A stretch of 64,000 nt of DNA from positions 6,674 through 70,673 of the forward strand of contig JAZDDE010000304.1 of NCBI GenBank assembly GCA_036679495.1, in the 5' to 3' direction. The notes under the pieces are model-generated. The model was not told where the DNA came from and searched no databases. It worked only from the letters and a program-made list of their open reading frames with translations. Made by a program: the position numbers and the translations under genes. This DNA comes from Gemmatimonadota bacterium. Lineage in GTDB: Bacteria > Gemmatimonadota > Gemmatimonadetes > Palauibacterales > Palauibacteraceae. Positions 1 to 9,900 of the stretch are shown here, piece by piece (the first letter of the stretch is position 1; every line of letters starts with the position of its first letter).

Positions 1-205
1 GTATCTGCGGGCAGACTCTGTGCTGTTCGACGTGGATGACGGATTTCAAGCCGATCTCGATTCAGATGGCCAAGCGTCAGAATCTGAGTCTCAACCCGTC
101 GAAGATCTCCGGTCAATGCGGCCGGCTTTTATGCTGCTTGGCGTACGAGAACGATCAGTACCCTCCACCGCGAAAGAAGCAGAAGAAACCCGAAAGGCAA
201 GCTAA
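1..205 (+). CDS. partial hypothetical protein (C-terminal fragment). Its TAA stop overlaps the downstream ATG as TAATG.
   Basis: The frame is open from the window edge to the TAA at 203-205, which overlaps the ATG at 205-207. Acidic, low-complexity tail with no recognisable domain. Confidence 0.2.
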   Translation, partial: YLRADSVLFDVDDGFQADLDSDGQASESESQPVEDLRSMRPAFMLLGVRERSVPSTAKEAEETRKAS

Positions 206-534
206 TGTCTGATTCGGTGACACCACGAAAACTGGTCCGTCCGGAGGTGGGGGAAGCCCGGCGCGAGAGCCCGCGGTCAGTGCGACGCAAGCAGACGCCT
301 CCGGAGCAAACCAACGCCGAGGAGTTCTACTACCTCAAGCAGATGACGGCCCGGACGCCTATGGTCGTGGTGCTCGAGAACGGTGAGGAGCTCAAGGGTT
401 GGATCGAGTGGTACGACAAGGGCTCGATCAAGCTCAACCGCCAGAGAGAGCCCAACCTCCTCGTGCTGAAGCACAATATCCGCTACATGTACAAGGAAGA
501 AGAGCAGCGCCGGCGCGGTAAGCGCAGTTCGTGA
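205..534 (+). CDS. Hfq-like Sm-fold RNA-binding protein
   Basis: 109-aa ORF. Residues ~40-95 ([26 protein letters not shown]...LKHNIRYMY) follow the Hfq Sm1/Sm2 pattern (P-V-x-I-x-L-x-NG-x-x-L-x-G-x-I-E-x-F-D...). It has a basic N-terminal extension. Confidence 0.4.
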   Translation: MSDSVTPRKLVRPEVGEARRESPRSVRRKQTPPEQTNAEEFYYLKQMTARTPMVVVLENGEELKGWIEWYDKGSIKLNRQREPNLLVLKHNIRYMYKEEEQRRRGKRSS

Positions 535-562
535 CGATGTCGGCGCGCCGTCTTCGTCCGCG

Positions 563-1594
563 GTGAACGGCCCTACCCCACCCCCGATCCTGGCGCTGAC
601 CCAAGGCGATCCAGCGGGCGTCGGCCCCGAGATCGTCGTTCGCGTGGCACTTGAGGCCACAGCACCCGAAGCCACGACGGGACGCTGGCGACCCCTGGTG
701 GTGGCGGAACACACGGCCCTCCTAGCGTTGCGCGAAGTGGGCGTCATAACACTGACGGAGTGGGAGCGCCTGCATTTCTTGACCGCTAAACCGACGGCCG
801 AGACCTGGGCGCAGCTGCCGGCTGACGCGGTGGCAGTGGCCGATCCGGTCGGCGGCTCGCGGTCGATCGTTTTTGGCGCCTCTGCGGCCGCTGACGCCGC
901 AGGCGCGGTGGCCGCGCTCGACCTCGGCATCGAGTTGGCGCGCAACGGCTTGGTGCAAGCACTGGTCACAGCACCGGTGAGCAAAGCGGCAATCGATCGC
1001 CATGTCCTGCCGGGCTTCTCCGGCCACACGGACTACATCGCGGCGGCCTGCGGACTGGAGCGCTACGGCCGCGACTACCTGATGGCCTTCTTGAGCGCCG
1101 ACCTCCGAGTGGCACTGCTGAGCACTCACCTCAAGCTGGCTGCCGCCCTCGAGTTGGTATCGACGGAGGCGCTCGGCGACGCTCTCGATTGCCTGGCTCG
1201 CCACACGGCGGGAAGCATCGCGGTCGCGGGGCTCAATCCCCATGCCGGCGAGGGCGGCCTCTTTGGCGATGAGGACGACCGGATCCTCCGGCCGGCGGTG
1301 GCCGCGGCCCGGGACCGCGGGCTCGAGGTCTTTGGCCCGGAGAGCGCCGATTCGGTTTTCGCCCGCGCGCGCCGGGGCGAGTTCGACTGGGTCCTAGCGC
1401 TCTACCATGACCAAGGGCTGATCGCGGTCAAGACGGCATCCTTCGGCGGCGCGACCAACTGGACCGTGGGGCTTCCTTTCATTCGTACCTCGGTCGATCA
1501 CGGCACGGCCTTCTCCTTGGCCGGTAGCGGGAAGGTCGATGCCGACCCTCTGCGCAAAGTCGTGGAGACGACCCTCGGGCTAATCGGCAGCTGA
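563..1594 (+). CDS. pdxA: 4-hydroxythreonine-4-phosphate dehydrogenase PdxA
   Basis: PdxA N-terminal signature LALTQGDPAGVGPEIVV plus HTDY, YHDQGL and SVDHGTAF motifs. Length 343 aa. Confidence 0.85.
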   Translation: MNGPTPPPILALTQGDPAGVGPEIVVRVALEATAPEATTGRWRPLVVAEHTALLALREVGVITLTEWERLHFLTAKPTAETWAQLPADAVAVADPVGGSRSIVFGASAAADAAGAVAALDLGIELARNGLVQALVTAPVSKAAIDRHVLPGFSGHTDYIAAACGLERYGRDYLMAFLSADLRVALLSTHLKLAAALELVSTEALGDALDCLARHTAGSIAVAGLNPHAGEGGLFGDEDDRILRPAVAAARDRGLEVFGPESADSVFARARRGEFDWVLALYHDQGLIAVKTASFGGATNWTVGLPFIRTSVDHGTAFSLAGSGKVDADPLRKVVETTLGLIGS

Positions 1595-1999
1595 CGCCGG
1601 TGCACTGTCCGAGCCGCTGACCGGCGGACTATCGGACCACGAGAGCCGCAGGCGGTCGAGCACGACAGTGCCCGGCCGGCCGCCGGGCGAGATCGGCTCG
1701 AGCGAGATGTCGAGCCTGTCCGCTCCGACCGGCCAAGGGACGCTACCGAGTTTGACGGCGGACCACTGCCTGTTCAAGGGAAGTGCCATCAGGACGGACG
1801 AGGATTGCCCGGGCTCGACGCGTAGAGAGACCCGGGTGTGTCCTTCGGTCCTGTACTCGAGCTCCAGAGCGCAGTAGGCGCCGCCGGGGACTACCGGCAG
1901 AGTCAGCGTATCCGTCCCGCGAAGTCGCCAGCCGCCGCGAAAACGCGTTCGAGCGACGACCCATTTTTCGGGCCAGAGGCTGCCACCGTGATGAACCAC
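1580..1999 (-). CDS. hypothetical beta-rich domain protein, possibly the true C-terminal periplasmic domain of the upstream GT-C gene reached by a frameshift
   Basis: 139-aa ORF with protein-like composition. It overlaps the Arg-rich, low-complexity tail of ORF 1743..3818 in another frame. There is no SD sequence before its ATG. Confidence 0.3.
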   Translation of the reverse strand: MVHHGGSLWPEKWVVARTRFRGGWRLRGTDTLTLPVVPGGAYCALELEYRTEGHTRVSLRVEPGQSSSVLMALPLNRQWSAVKLGSVPWPVGADRLDISLEPISPGGRPGTVVLDRLRLSWSDSPPVSGSDSAPASAAD

Positions 2000-3662
2000 G
2001 TAGGCCTAGAATCGGCACCGCCACTCCGAACCAACCGAGCCATGCCGACCGGCGCCGCGGCCAACGCCAGAGCACGGCAATCGTCAGGGCGAGCAGCCCA
2101 GGCCAGAGCCACAGAGCCAGGTTGGGGCGGACGCTGCTGGGGAAGAAGCGGGCGACATCGACACCCTGAGCCACGGTGAGAAAGTCCTCCAGGTGGCTCC
2201 GACCGTCGGAGATGTTGTAGGTCCAACCCGGGCGAGCGGCCCACAGGGCCCCCAACAGAGCCGTCGTGGAGGCCAGGGCTCCTAGAACCAGTCGTGCTCC
2301 GCCACTGCGCCGCCGATCGAGCGTTGGAACGAGGACTAGGGCAAAGAGCGATAGCGCGACACAGCCGTAACGAAAGGGTGGCGACCAGCCGCCGTACCAC
2401 TCGCTGCGCGGTACCAACAGCAGGATGTAGGGCGCCATGATCCAACCAAGCTGAAGCGCCGGCCTGAGTTTTCCGCGGCCCGGAGCTAACAGCAACAGCC
2501 AGATTGGTGCGGTGGCGAAGAGCCCGAACGAAGTGTCAAAGAACAACCCCATGAGTCCGCGCGGGTAGCGGCTCGGCGCGTTCAAGTAGAAGCCCATGTG
2601 ACTGAGGTTGTGGTACTTGAGCAAGTTGTCGTAGCGCAGGTAATTGAACGCCAGAATGGCGAGCGCGAGCGCCGCGCTGGCGCTCAGGGCGACCACGACG
2701 AAGCGCCGACCGCCACGGCCCAGCCGCCAGGCGAGCAGCAGCAGCAGAGGACCCACTACGAGTACGAAGCGGATCTTGATCAGCGGCAGCAGCGCGACGG
2801 GAATGAGGACCGGCAACCAAGCTTGCAGTCGGCTCGCCTTGGTGCTGTCGATTGCCCACACCGCGTCGAGCGCCAGGGTCAAGAGCAGAGCCGCCGGAAT
2901 CTCGACCCAGACCTGATGTGAGTACAGCAGCAGTGGCGAGGTGAACGCCAGGATGAAGTAGGCGATCAGGGTCGGGCCCGGGCGGTCAGCAAAGAAGTGG
3001 TGCGCTAGCCGCAGGGTAGACCAGGCCAGCGCGGCGGCGAAGGCACACATCACCGCCAGGGCGCCGTATTTGCCGCCGACGCGATATGCAGGTGCCAGGA
3101 TCGCCGGGATCACGACGTTGTGGCGTGAGTACATCTCGCCATTGGGGCCCAGAGGATCACCCGGCTGCGGCTCGATGGCGCGGTCCATGAAAGCGCGCGA
3201 GTCCTGGGCGGCGTAGTTGTTGGTCAGTTCGGCGTCGAAGTCGTACGCCAGGCTGTGGGCGACGAGGAGATTGAACGGCTCGTCCCCATCGGGCGGTCGC
3301 TGGCTGCTCGCCCACGGCATCAAAGCGAGGTAGACCACCAACGGCAACCAGAAAAAGATCGCCGCCGGAGTGCGGGGAAGTGACCTGCCGAGCAGGGGTC
3401 GCAAGCGGGGTAGGAGTTGCGCCAGATAGACCAGAAGCAGCAAGAAGAGCGCCCCTGCAATCAGCCGAGGCATCAGAGCGTCGCCGTAGCGTAGGTCGAG
3501 GCGCGGCGCTACGACGAGGAGTGCCAGGAGAGCGACAAGAGCTCCGGTGATGGCTCGGCGGCGCGGTTCGGGCCATGGCCGGCCGCCGCCCCGTCGGAGC
3601 AGGTACTCGACCCACCACAGGCCGGCGACGGCGAGCACGACACCGACCCAGAGCTCCGTCAT
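1743..3662 (-). CDS. GT-C family membrane glycosyltransferase (ArnT/PMT-like, polytopic)
   Basis: At least 10 predicted TM helices and ArnT/PMT-like N-terminal topology. Start set at the ATG forming an ATGA overlap with the stop of 3659..5317. The last ~80 aa are Arg-rich and look out of frame. Confidence 0.5.
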   Translation of the reverse strand: MTELWVGVVLAVAGLWWVEYLLRRGGGRPWPEPRRRAITGALVALLALLVVAPRLDLRYGDALMPRLIAGALFLLLLVYLAQLLPRLRPLLGRSLPRTPAAIFFWLPLVVYLALMPWASSQRPPDGDEPFNLLVAHSLAYDFDAELTNNYAAQDSRAFMDRAIEPQPGDPLGPNGEMYSRHNVVIPAILAPAYRVGGKYGALAVMCAFAAALAWSTLRLAHHFFADRPGPTLIAYFILAFTSPLLLYSHQVWVEIPAALLLTLALDAVWAIDSTKASRLQAWLPVLIPVALLPLIKIRFVLVVGPLLLLLAWRLGRGGRRFVVVALSASAALALAILAFNYLRYDNLLKYHNLSHMGFYLNAPSRYPRGLMGLFFDTSFGLFATAPIWLLLLAPGRGKLRPALQLGWIMAPYILLLVPRSEWYGGWSPPFRYGCVALSLFALVLVPTLDRRRSGGARLVLGALASTTALLGALWAARPGWTYNISDGRSHLEDFLTVAQGVDVARFFPSSVRPNLALWLWPGLLALTIAVLWRWPRRRSAWLGWFGVAVPILGLRGSSRWQPLARKMGRRSNAFSRRLATSRDGYADSAGSPRRRLLRSGARVQDRRTHPGLSTRRARAILVRPDGTSLEQAVVRRQTR

Positions 3663-5317
3663 CGGGCCGCCACCGAGAGAATAGTGATCTCGACTTCGGG
3701 CGCGAGCTCTTTCGCACGGACCAGCCCGATGTGCTCCAGGGCGAGCGGTGAAGCGAGTTGCCACTCGCCGCGGTAACGCTGAGCGAGAGAGCCGTCGCCA
3801 CCGAACCAGGTGAGCCACGGTGGGGGGAAAGAAGGAGTTTGACCCTGCTCGACATGGCGCCGGGCCGCCCAGTCAGCGGTGTCTCGACCGTAGCGCAGGG
3901 CTTGCCACTGCCGGCCGCCGCCGACTGTCTCGAGGAGCAGGTAGGCGATGGGTTGGCCGGGGCTAAGGGTCTGGCTCCCGTTGACTAGGCTGCCCACCTC
4001 GAGCGCGCGCACAGCACCTTCGGGAGCGTCGGCCTCCCAGGTCTGGTTCCCAACGGTGAGCACGATCGGTTCGATGTTGAGACGTTGCGGTCGGCGTTGA
4101 ACGGCAATGGCCAGGATCAGCCCAAACAGCACCAACGCCGTACTCCAGAGCTGTGCGGCGGGGCGTTTCTGCGCGGCGTAGACGACCGCCACTCCGAGCA
4201 CGAGAGCAGACACTCCAAGCACGAGGAGATCGGTCCCCGCGAGCCACTCGCCCAGAGGCCGGCGCAGCCAGGGGTACGAAGCGCTGACGGCGACGAAGGC
4301 CAGAAGTGCCAGGCTCCAGCCGGCCTGCAGGCCTCTCGAAGAGCGCTCGATCGGCAGGGCGAGAGCGGCCAGCGCCCAAGCTGGCGCCAGTAGTGCCGGC
4401 TCAGCTGCGGAACCATGGGTCAGAGCGAGGGCGAGTGCCGCGAGTGCCAGCGGCCGCGTGGCCGGTGGCGACAGCGCTACGAGCGGCAGCGTCAGCAGAA
4501 GCCACCCGAGCCCCGCGATGGCGTTGAACGAGCCTCCGGTAGCGATGATCGTAACGAGTGCCCATCCGAGGGCACCGGCGGCAGGAAGCCAGGCGCCGCG
4601 ACCGACGTGCCTGAGAGCCAAGGCCGCTACCAGCACGAGCATGGCCGGTGCGACGGGCGGCATCCACCCAATGGCGACCACGGCAGCGCCCGTGGCGACC
4701 GCGGCTGCCTGCCACGATCGGCCGTGCTCGCCGGTCAACGCGGCGACGACGACCAGCACGGCAACTGGCACCACGCCGAGACCGGGAGCAAGCGTGGCTA
4801 GAGCCGCCAGCAAGACAAGGACGTTGAGTCCTCCATGGCGGCGGCCAAGCCACCACGCCGCGACGGCGGCTGCGAGGGGCAGTCCGAGCAGCCAGACCAT
4901 CGACCGCGGTGAGTACCCCTGCCACTCGAGCAGGCGCGCGCTACGCAGAAGGCATTGCCAGGCGATCGCCAGCGCAGCGATATCGAGGAAAGCAGGGCGA
5001 GGCTCGCCGGCCACGATGCGCCACGTGGCAAAGCCCACGGTCGCGACGAGGAGGGCCATGACGAGAGCGCCCCTAGTGCCCTCAGCTGCGGGGAGGCAGA
5101 GCGCCAGAGCGATGAGAACCCCTCCGGGCACCACCGCCGACGCCGTGCGACCCGACAGAGCCAGAGCGCCAAGAGTGATTCCGAGGACCAAGGCGAGGAA
5201 TCCCGACTCCGCGGCGGTCGAGCCGTCCGGATGATGGCGGGCGAGGCCCGAAGCGAACGCCGTGACGGCGCCCGCCGTGGCGAATTGGGCCAAGCGTTGC
5301 GTGAGGGGACGCGTCAT
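3659..5317 (-). CDS. polytopic membrane protein with a C-terminal extracytoplasmic domain, translationally coupled to the GT-C gene
   Basis: 552 aa, mostly Ala/Leu-rich TM segments followed by a ~150-aa soluble C-terminal domain. 4-nt overlap with the downstream gene. Confidence 0.4.
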   Translation of the reverse strand: MTRPLTQRLAQFATAGAVTAFASGLARHHPDGSTAAESGFLALVLGITLGALALSGRTASAVVPGGVLIALALCLPAAEGTRGALVMALLVATVGFATWRIVAGEPRPAFLDIAALAIAWQCLLRSARLLEWQGYSPRSMVWLLGLPLAAAVAAWWLGRRHGGLNVLVLLAALATLAPGLGVVPVAVLVVVAALTGEHGRSWQAAAVATGAAVVAIGWMPPVAPAMLVLVAALALRHVGRGAWLPAAGALGWALVTIIATGGSFNAIAGLGWLLLTLPLVALSPPATRPLALAALALALTHGSAAEPALLAPAWALAALALPIERSSRGLQAGWSLALLAFVAVSASYPWLRRPLGEWLAGTDLLVLGVSALVLGVAVVYAAQKRPAAQLWSTALVLFGLILAIAVQRRPQRLNIEPIVLTVGNQTWEADAPEGAVRALEVGSLVNGSQTLSPGQPIAYLLLETVGGGRQWQALRYGRDTADWAARRHVEQGQTPSFPPPWLTWFGGDGSLAQRYRGEWQLASPLALEHIGLVRAKELAPEVEITILSVAAR

Positions 5318-5362
5318 GAAGAGCAGGCTCGTAACGAACCGGATCTTATAGACTCGCGCCCC

Positions 5363-6640
5363 ATGTTGGCCCGCGAAATGATGCGAGACGAGTCGGGACG
5401 CGTGCGCGAGCTTCTCGCCTCCCGCGGCATCGATGGAGCAGTGGTCGATCGCTGGACTGAACTAGACGGCCAGCGCCGGACAGTTCTGGGCGAGACGGAA
5501 GAACTCAAGGCCCGGCGCAACAACGAGAGCAAGGCGATCGGACAGCTCAAGTCCCAGGGCGAAGACGCGACGCAACAGATCGTTGCCGTGGGCGCGCTCA
5601 AGGAGCAGATCGCCAATCTCGAGGAAAGGCTCACTGCCATCGACGGCGAACTGGCAGACATCGAGCTCGGCCTCCCCAACTTGCCGCACGACTCGGTTCC
5701 TCGAGGCGCCGACGAGAGCGACAACCGGGTCGAGAGCGTCGTCGGCGAGCCGACTGCCTTCGACTTCGAGCCGCAGGCGCACTGGGATCTCGGCCCGGCG
5801 CTGGGCATCCTAGACTTCGAACGTGCGGCCAAGATCACTGGCGCCCGTTTCGCCGTCTACTTTGGCCTCGGGGCGCGCCTCGAGCGAGCACTCATCAACT
5901 TCATGCTCGACCTCCATACCCGCGAGCACGGCTACTTGGAAGTGTTGCCGCCGTACATCGTCAATCGCGACTCGCTAGTCGGCACCAGCCAGCTACCGAA
6001 GTTCGAAGAGGATCTCTTCAAGCTCGAACCGTCGGGTTACTACCTGATTCCGACGGCCGAGGTGCCGGTCACCAATCTGCACGCGGGTGAGATTCTCGAC
6101 GAGGCTGACTTGCCACGGCGTTACGTAGCCTTCACCGCCTGCTTCCGGGCTGAGGCCGGGTCATATGGCAAGGACGTGCGTGGCTTGATCCGTCAGCACC
6201 AGTTCAACAAAGTCGAGCTGGTGCAACTTGCGACCGAGAGCCAGAGCTACGACACCCTCGAAGAGCTCACCGGCCACGCCGAGACCGTGCTCCAGCGCCT
6301 CGAGCTGCCCTACCGCAAGGTCTGCCTCTCGACCGGCGACATGGGTTTCTCCGGTGCCAAGACCTACGACCTGGAAGTCTGGCTCCCGGGCCAGAACGCC
6401 TACCGCGAGATCTCCTCGTGCAGCAACTGCGAGGCTTTCCAAGCCCGACGGGCGGCAATCCGCTACCGGCCGAGCGATGGCGGCAAGCCACGCTTGGTTC
6501 ATACGCTGAACGGTTCGGGCCTGGCCGTCGGTCGCACCTTGGTCGCGGTGCTCGAGAACTACCAACAGGCCGACGGGTCGATCGTGGTCCCTGAAGTGTT
6601 GCGCCCGTTCATGGGCGTCGAGCGCATTACCGGTCCTTAG
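5363..6640 (+). CDS. serS: seryl-tRNA synthetase
   Basis: Class II aaRS motifs, an N-terminal coiled-coil arm and ~426 aa from the ATG at 5363. The upstream part of ORF 4955.. is a non-coding extension. Confidence 0.9.
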   Translation: MLAREMMRDESGRVRELLASRGIDGAVVDRWTELDGQRRTVLGETEELKARRNNESKAIGQLKSQGEDATQQIVAVGALKEQIANLEERLTAIDGELADIELGLPNLPHDSVPRGADESDNRVESVVGEPTAFDFEPQAHWDLGPALGILDFERAAKITGARFAVYFGLGARLERALINFMLDLHTREHGYLEVLPPYIVNRDSLVGTSQLPKFEEDLFKLEPSGYYLIPTAEVPVTNLHAGEILDEADLPRRYVAFTACFRAEAGSYGKDVRGLIRQHQFNKVELVQLATESQSYDTLEELTGHAETVLQRLELPYRKVCLSTGDMGFSGAKTYDLEVWLPGQNAYREISSCSNCEAFQARRAAIRYRPSDGGKPRLVHTLNGSGLAVGRTLVAVLENYQQADGSIVVPEVLRPFMGVERITGP

Positions 6641-6819
6641 CCTGGACTTCTCACCCCGGATCGGCTGCACCGGCGAATCTGCCCGCGCCTGCTGCGTTGC
6701 GCTCTGTCGGCCGTCCTCGCCGTAGCTACGGCTACGACTGCGGGGTCCTCCGTCGCGACGCCTTGCATGCACAGGCAGCTACACCGGTTCGCTCGAACCG
6801 TGGTGAGAAGTCCAGGCTA
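6638..6819. repeat. 18-nt perfect inverted repeats (tagcctggacttctcacc / ggtgagaagtccaggcta) flanking a 146-nt GC-rich core. Possible long-stem terminator, structured RNA or MITE-like element between serS and the antiporter.
   Basis: Directly read. 6638-6655 is the exact reverse complement of 6802-6819. The first arm overlaps the serS stop codon. Confidence 0.4.
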
Positions 6820-6864
6820 GCAGCTGAGAATCCCATGCGCGGAGCACCGGGTTAGGATGCGGCG

Positions 6865-7929
6865 ATGGCGTGGATCACGTTCTTCGGTGGCCTGGCCATC
6901 CTGCTGGTTGGCGCCGAACTCTTCGTTCGTGGCTCTTCGCGGATGGCGGCGGCCTTCGGCGTTCCCGCCCTTGTCATCGGTCTTACGGTGGTCGCCTTCG
7001 GCACCAGTGCGCCGGAGGCGGCGGTCGGGGTCCAATCGGTAGTCCAAGGCAACACCGATATCGGTCTAGGCAACGTTATCGGCAGCAACATCGCCAACGT
7101 CCTCTTGATCCTCGGCCTGGCCAGCCTGATCTCGCCGCTCCCGGTTTCGGCCCGCGTGGTGCGAGTCGATGTGCCGGTCATGATCGGCTTCTCGGCCCTG
7201 CTCTGGTTGCTCTGTCTCGATGGCCGGATCGGCCGCGGCAACGGGCTCCTTCTGCTCTCACTGGTGGTGGTCTACAACGTCTGGTTGGTGCGCTCGGCGC
7301 GTCGCGATGCCGCGCGTAATGCCGACTCCCCACGCCCGAGCGGCAAGCCGTTGTCCTCGGTCACCTTCGTCCTGATCGGCCTCATCGCCATCGTCGTCGG
7401 AGCCGGTTGGTTGGTCGATGGCGCGGTGAACCTGGCCCAGGCGTTCGGCTTGTCCGAACTGGTCATCGGTCTGACAGTGGTCGCGATTGGCACATCGATG
7501 CCCGAGATCGCAACGTCGACGATCGCCGGTTTGCGCGGTGAGCAGGACATCGCGGTTGGCAACGCCGTCGGCAGTAACGTCTTCAACATCCTCATGGTGG
7601 TGGGCCTGACGGCGACCCTGTCGCCCGAGCCGATTCCGGTCAATCCCTCGGTGCTCTCGTTCGACCTGCCGATCATGCTGGCCGTGGCGTTCGCCTGCCT
7701 GCCGATCTTCTTCAGCGGCTTTCGGATCGCGCGTTGGGAAGGGATTCTCTTCCTCTTCTACTATGTCGCCTATACGGCCTATTTGATCCTGCGCGCTCAG
7801 CAACACGCGGTGATCGAGGGCTTCGGCTTTGTCATGACCTACTTCGTCGTGCCGCTGACGGCGATGACACTACTGGTCTTCGCCTACCGATCCTGGCGCC
7901 GGGGATTCAGGTCCGGGCCCGCCTCATAG
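6865..7929 (+). CDS. Ca2+/Na+ antiporter, CaCA family (YrbG-like)
   Basis: Two internal alpha-repeats (GTSAPE...GNVIGSNIANVLLILG and GTSMPE...GNAVGSNVFNILMVVG). About 10 TM helices. Confidence 0.8.
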   Translation: MAWITFFGGLAILLVGAELFVRGSSRMAAAFGVPALVIGLTVVAFGTSAPEAAVGVQSVVQGNTDIGLGNVIGSNIANVLLILGLASLISPLPVSARVVRVDVPVMIGFSALLWLLCLDGRIGRGNGLLLLSLVVVYNVWLVRSARRDAARNADSPRPSGKPLSSVTFVLIGLIAIVVGAGWLVDGAVNLAQAFGLSELVIGLTVVAIGTSMPEIATSTIAGLRGEQDIAVGNAVGSNVFNILMVVGLTATLSPEPIPVNPSVLSFDLPIMLAVAFACLPIFFSGFRIARWEGILFLFYYVAYTAYLILRAQQHAVIEGFGFVMTYFVVPLTAMTLLVFAYRSWRRGFRSGPAS

Positions 7930-8213
7930 CTAACTGCTTCGCGTCAACCCTGAGCAGACCTCATGTAGAGGAACTGCTTCCGCTCGCTCGGCGAGGCTGA
8001 AACGCTTGACCCCAGGATAGAGCACCACTACGCGGGCGAGGCCCAGGTCTTCCAGGGCAATGCGAATCGACCCATTCAACGCCCAAAATCAGCACTCCAC
8101 TCCTCTAAACCCGCAGTTCATGGGCCAAAACCAGCACATCACGCTCACCAACTGTTCAGGGTCGAGCCCGACTGCTGTCGCATGCTCGGCCGTGGCGCTC
8201 GTGCCTACCGCCG

Positions 8214-8927
8214 CTAGTGGAGTCGAAAGTTGATCACCAAGTTGTAGATCACCGCGATGGCGTGGCCGCGGCGCCGGGCGGGCTCGAAGCGCCAGGTGGC
8301 GACGGTCTCGAGTGCCGACTCGTCGAGCCCGAAGCCGAGGCCCTTGATTATTCGGGCGTCGACAACCGCGCCGTCGGTGTCAATGACCGCCTCGAGCACG
8401 AGTCGGCCCTGCCGTTTGATCCGACGCGCCGCCGGCGTGTAGGCCGGCAGTGGAGCGAAGACCTTGACCGGCTTCTCGATCGAAGCGTCGTAGCGGACTG
8501 GCGCGCTCTCGGGCAGCGGCGGCGGCGCTAGGGGAAGAACGTCGAGCGGCTCGATCTGGGGCACGACAGGGTCGAACTCCACCGCTATCGGCTCAGTTCT
8601 CAACACGATATCGACCTCAGGCGGTCCGGGAACAACCATGGTCGGCTCGACCACGGTCGGCTGCGGCTCGACGGGCTTGGGCGGCGGCTCGACGATCCGT
8701 GGTCGAAAGACCAAGTCCACCAGCCGAGTAGTCGGCTGCAGAGGCTCCGGCTGGGGTACGGGAAGCGGTCCCTCGGGGAATCTCAGCGCGAAGAACAGGC
8801 CGTGTGCAAGGAGGGCGGCCAGCGCTGCGGCATGGATGCGGCGCTTTTCGGATCTCAGGTCGGCGGTGGCGGCGGCGAAGTACTGCGTCCAAGGGTCGGG
8901 TTGCGATGTTCCGGCTCGCGATGTCAT
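8214..8927 (-). CDS. tonB: energy transducer TonB
   Basis: N-terminal TM anchor, a Pro-rich (PEP/PKP/PVP) spacer and a C-terminal TonB domain. Confidence 0.7.
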   Translation of the reverse strand: MTSRAGTSQPDPWTQYFAAATADLRSEKRRIHAAALAALLAHGLFFALRFPEGPLPVPQPEPLQPTTRLVDLVFRPRIVEPPPKPVEPQPTVVEPTMVVPGPPEVDIVLRTEPIAVEFDPVVPQIEPLDVLPLAPPPLPESAPVRYDASIEKPVKVFAPLPAYTPAARRIKRQGRLVLEAVIDTDGAVVDARIIKGLGFGLDESALETVATWRFEPARRRGHAIAVIYNLVINFRLH

Positions 8928-9035
8928 CAGGCACCTCCTGGGAGATAAGACTCCATCACTCGCTCTCTGGTTCCGCTACGTCGGGGACGTGGCCGGCATG
9001 CGATTGTTCCCAGTGCTGATCTAGAATCAACAAGA

Positions 9036-9900
9036 GTGGGCGGGATGGCAGGTAGGAGCAGAACATCTCGGGTGACCGTGTCGATTCGCGGTCTGGCCCG
9101 CGGACTTCGATTCGGGCTGGGAAACGTCTGGTTCCAGGGTCTCGGTGCGCTGCCGGATATGCTTGCTACACCCAAGTTCTTTATTCTGGCGCAGGGACGC
9201 TCGGGCAGTTCCCTGCTGACGACTCTGCTGGACAGCCACCGGAGGATCAAGTGTGAGGGGGAGGTCTTGTCCATCCCTCTGCGTTTTCCGCGAGCGTTTC
9301 TTCGTGGCAAAGTCCTGCGGTACGGCCTCCGGGGCCAAGGGTGGGGCTTCAAGGCCAAGCACCATCAGATCATTAGGAACCCAGGGGATCGCGGACCTCA
9401 AGGCCTTCTTGAGAGACCTCGAAGCGGCGGGGTGGAAGCTGATCTATCTCCGGCGCAAGAACGTCGTCTACCAGGCTCTCTCGACCCTGGTTGGTGAGAA
9501 GCGGCGCAAGTGGTTGCACAAGGCGAGCGAGGGTCCGCTGGCCAAGGTCAGTATCGATCCTGGCGAGCTGGCTGTGTACATAAAAAGCCGCGAGAACCAG
9601 ACCGCACAAGAGTTTGAGGCCCTGGCGGGTCTGCCGCACCTGGCCCTAACTTATGAAGGTGACCTCGAGGATCCTGGCGTTCATCAACCGACATACGACC
9701 GGATCTTCGACCTGCTCGGACTCACGACGAATCCGGTGTGTTCTGCTCTTGGCAGAACTGGCAGCCGGAACATCGACGACGTGATCGAGAATCCGGTCGA
9801 GGTCAGGGCCGAACTCAAGAGGTTAGGCTACGCTCACTACCTCTTGCTAGGGCTTGCAATCATCGGCCGGCGAGGGCCGAGGGCCTGGCCTCGCTCGTGA
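9036..9900 (+). pseudogene. Stf0-like sulfotransferase, split by an apparent +1 frameshift near 9385 (possible pseudogene or sequencing error)
   Basis: ORF 9036..9497 carries the 5'-PSB motif (PKFFILAQGRSGSSLL). ORF 9253..9900 in the +1 frame carries the 3'-PB region (LIYLRRKNVVYQALS). Sense in both frames is lost around the ccagggg run at 9378-9392. Confidence 0.5.

Noticed and set aside
277-1029. 250-aa minus-strand ORF antisense to pdxA, and many similar long ORFs across the window (for example 4458-5234 +, 9854-10822 +, 11047-11790 +, 13563-14276 +, 21985-23013 -, 23528-24739 +, 53251-53877 +, 61424-62623 -)
   Set aside because: They overlap well-supported genes on the opposite strand or in another frame, and their Arg/Ala/Pro-rich low-complexity translations are typical of spurious open frames in ~70% GC DNA.
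4955-5362. N-terminal 136-aa extension of the serS ORF
   Set aside because: SerS homology begins at the ATG at 5363. The upstream part is Arg/Glu-rich, low-complexity, and overlaps the divergent gene 3659-5317.
7930-8213. Relatively AT-richer convergent intergenic region between the antiporter gene and tonB, searched for tRNA or ncRNA
   Set aside because: No cloverleaf-compatible segments (no GTTCRAnnC T-loop with a matching acceptor stem). Only weak short hairpins.
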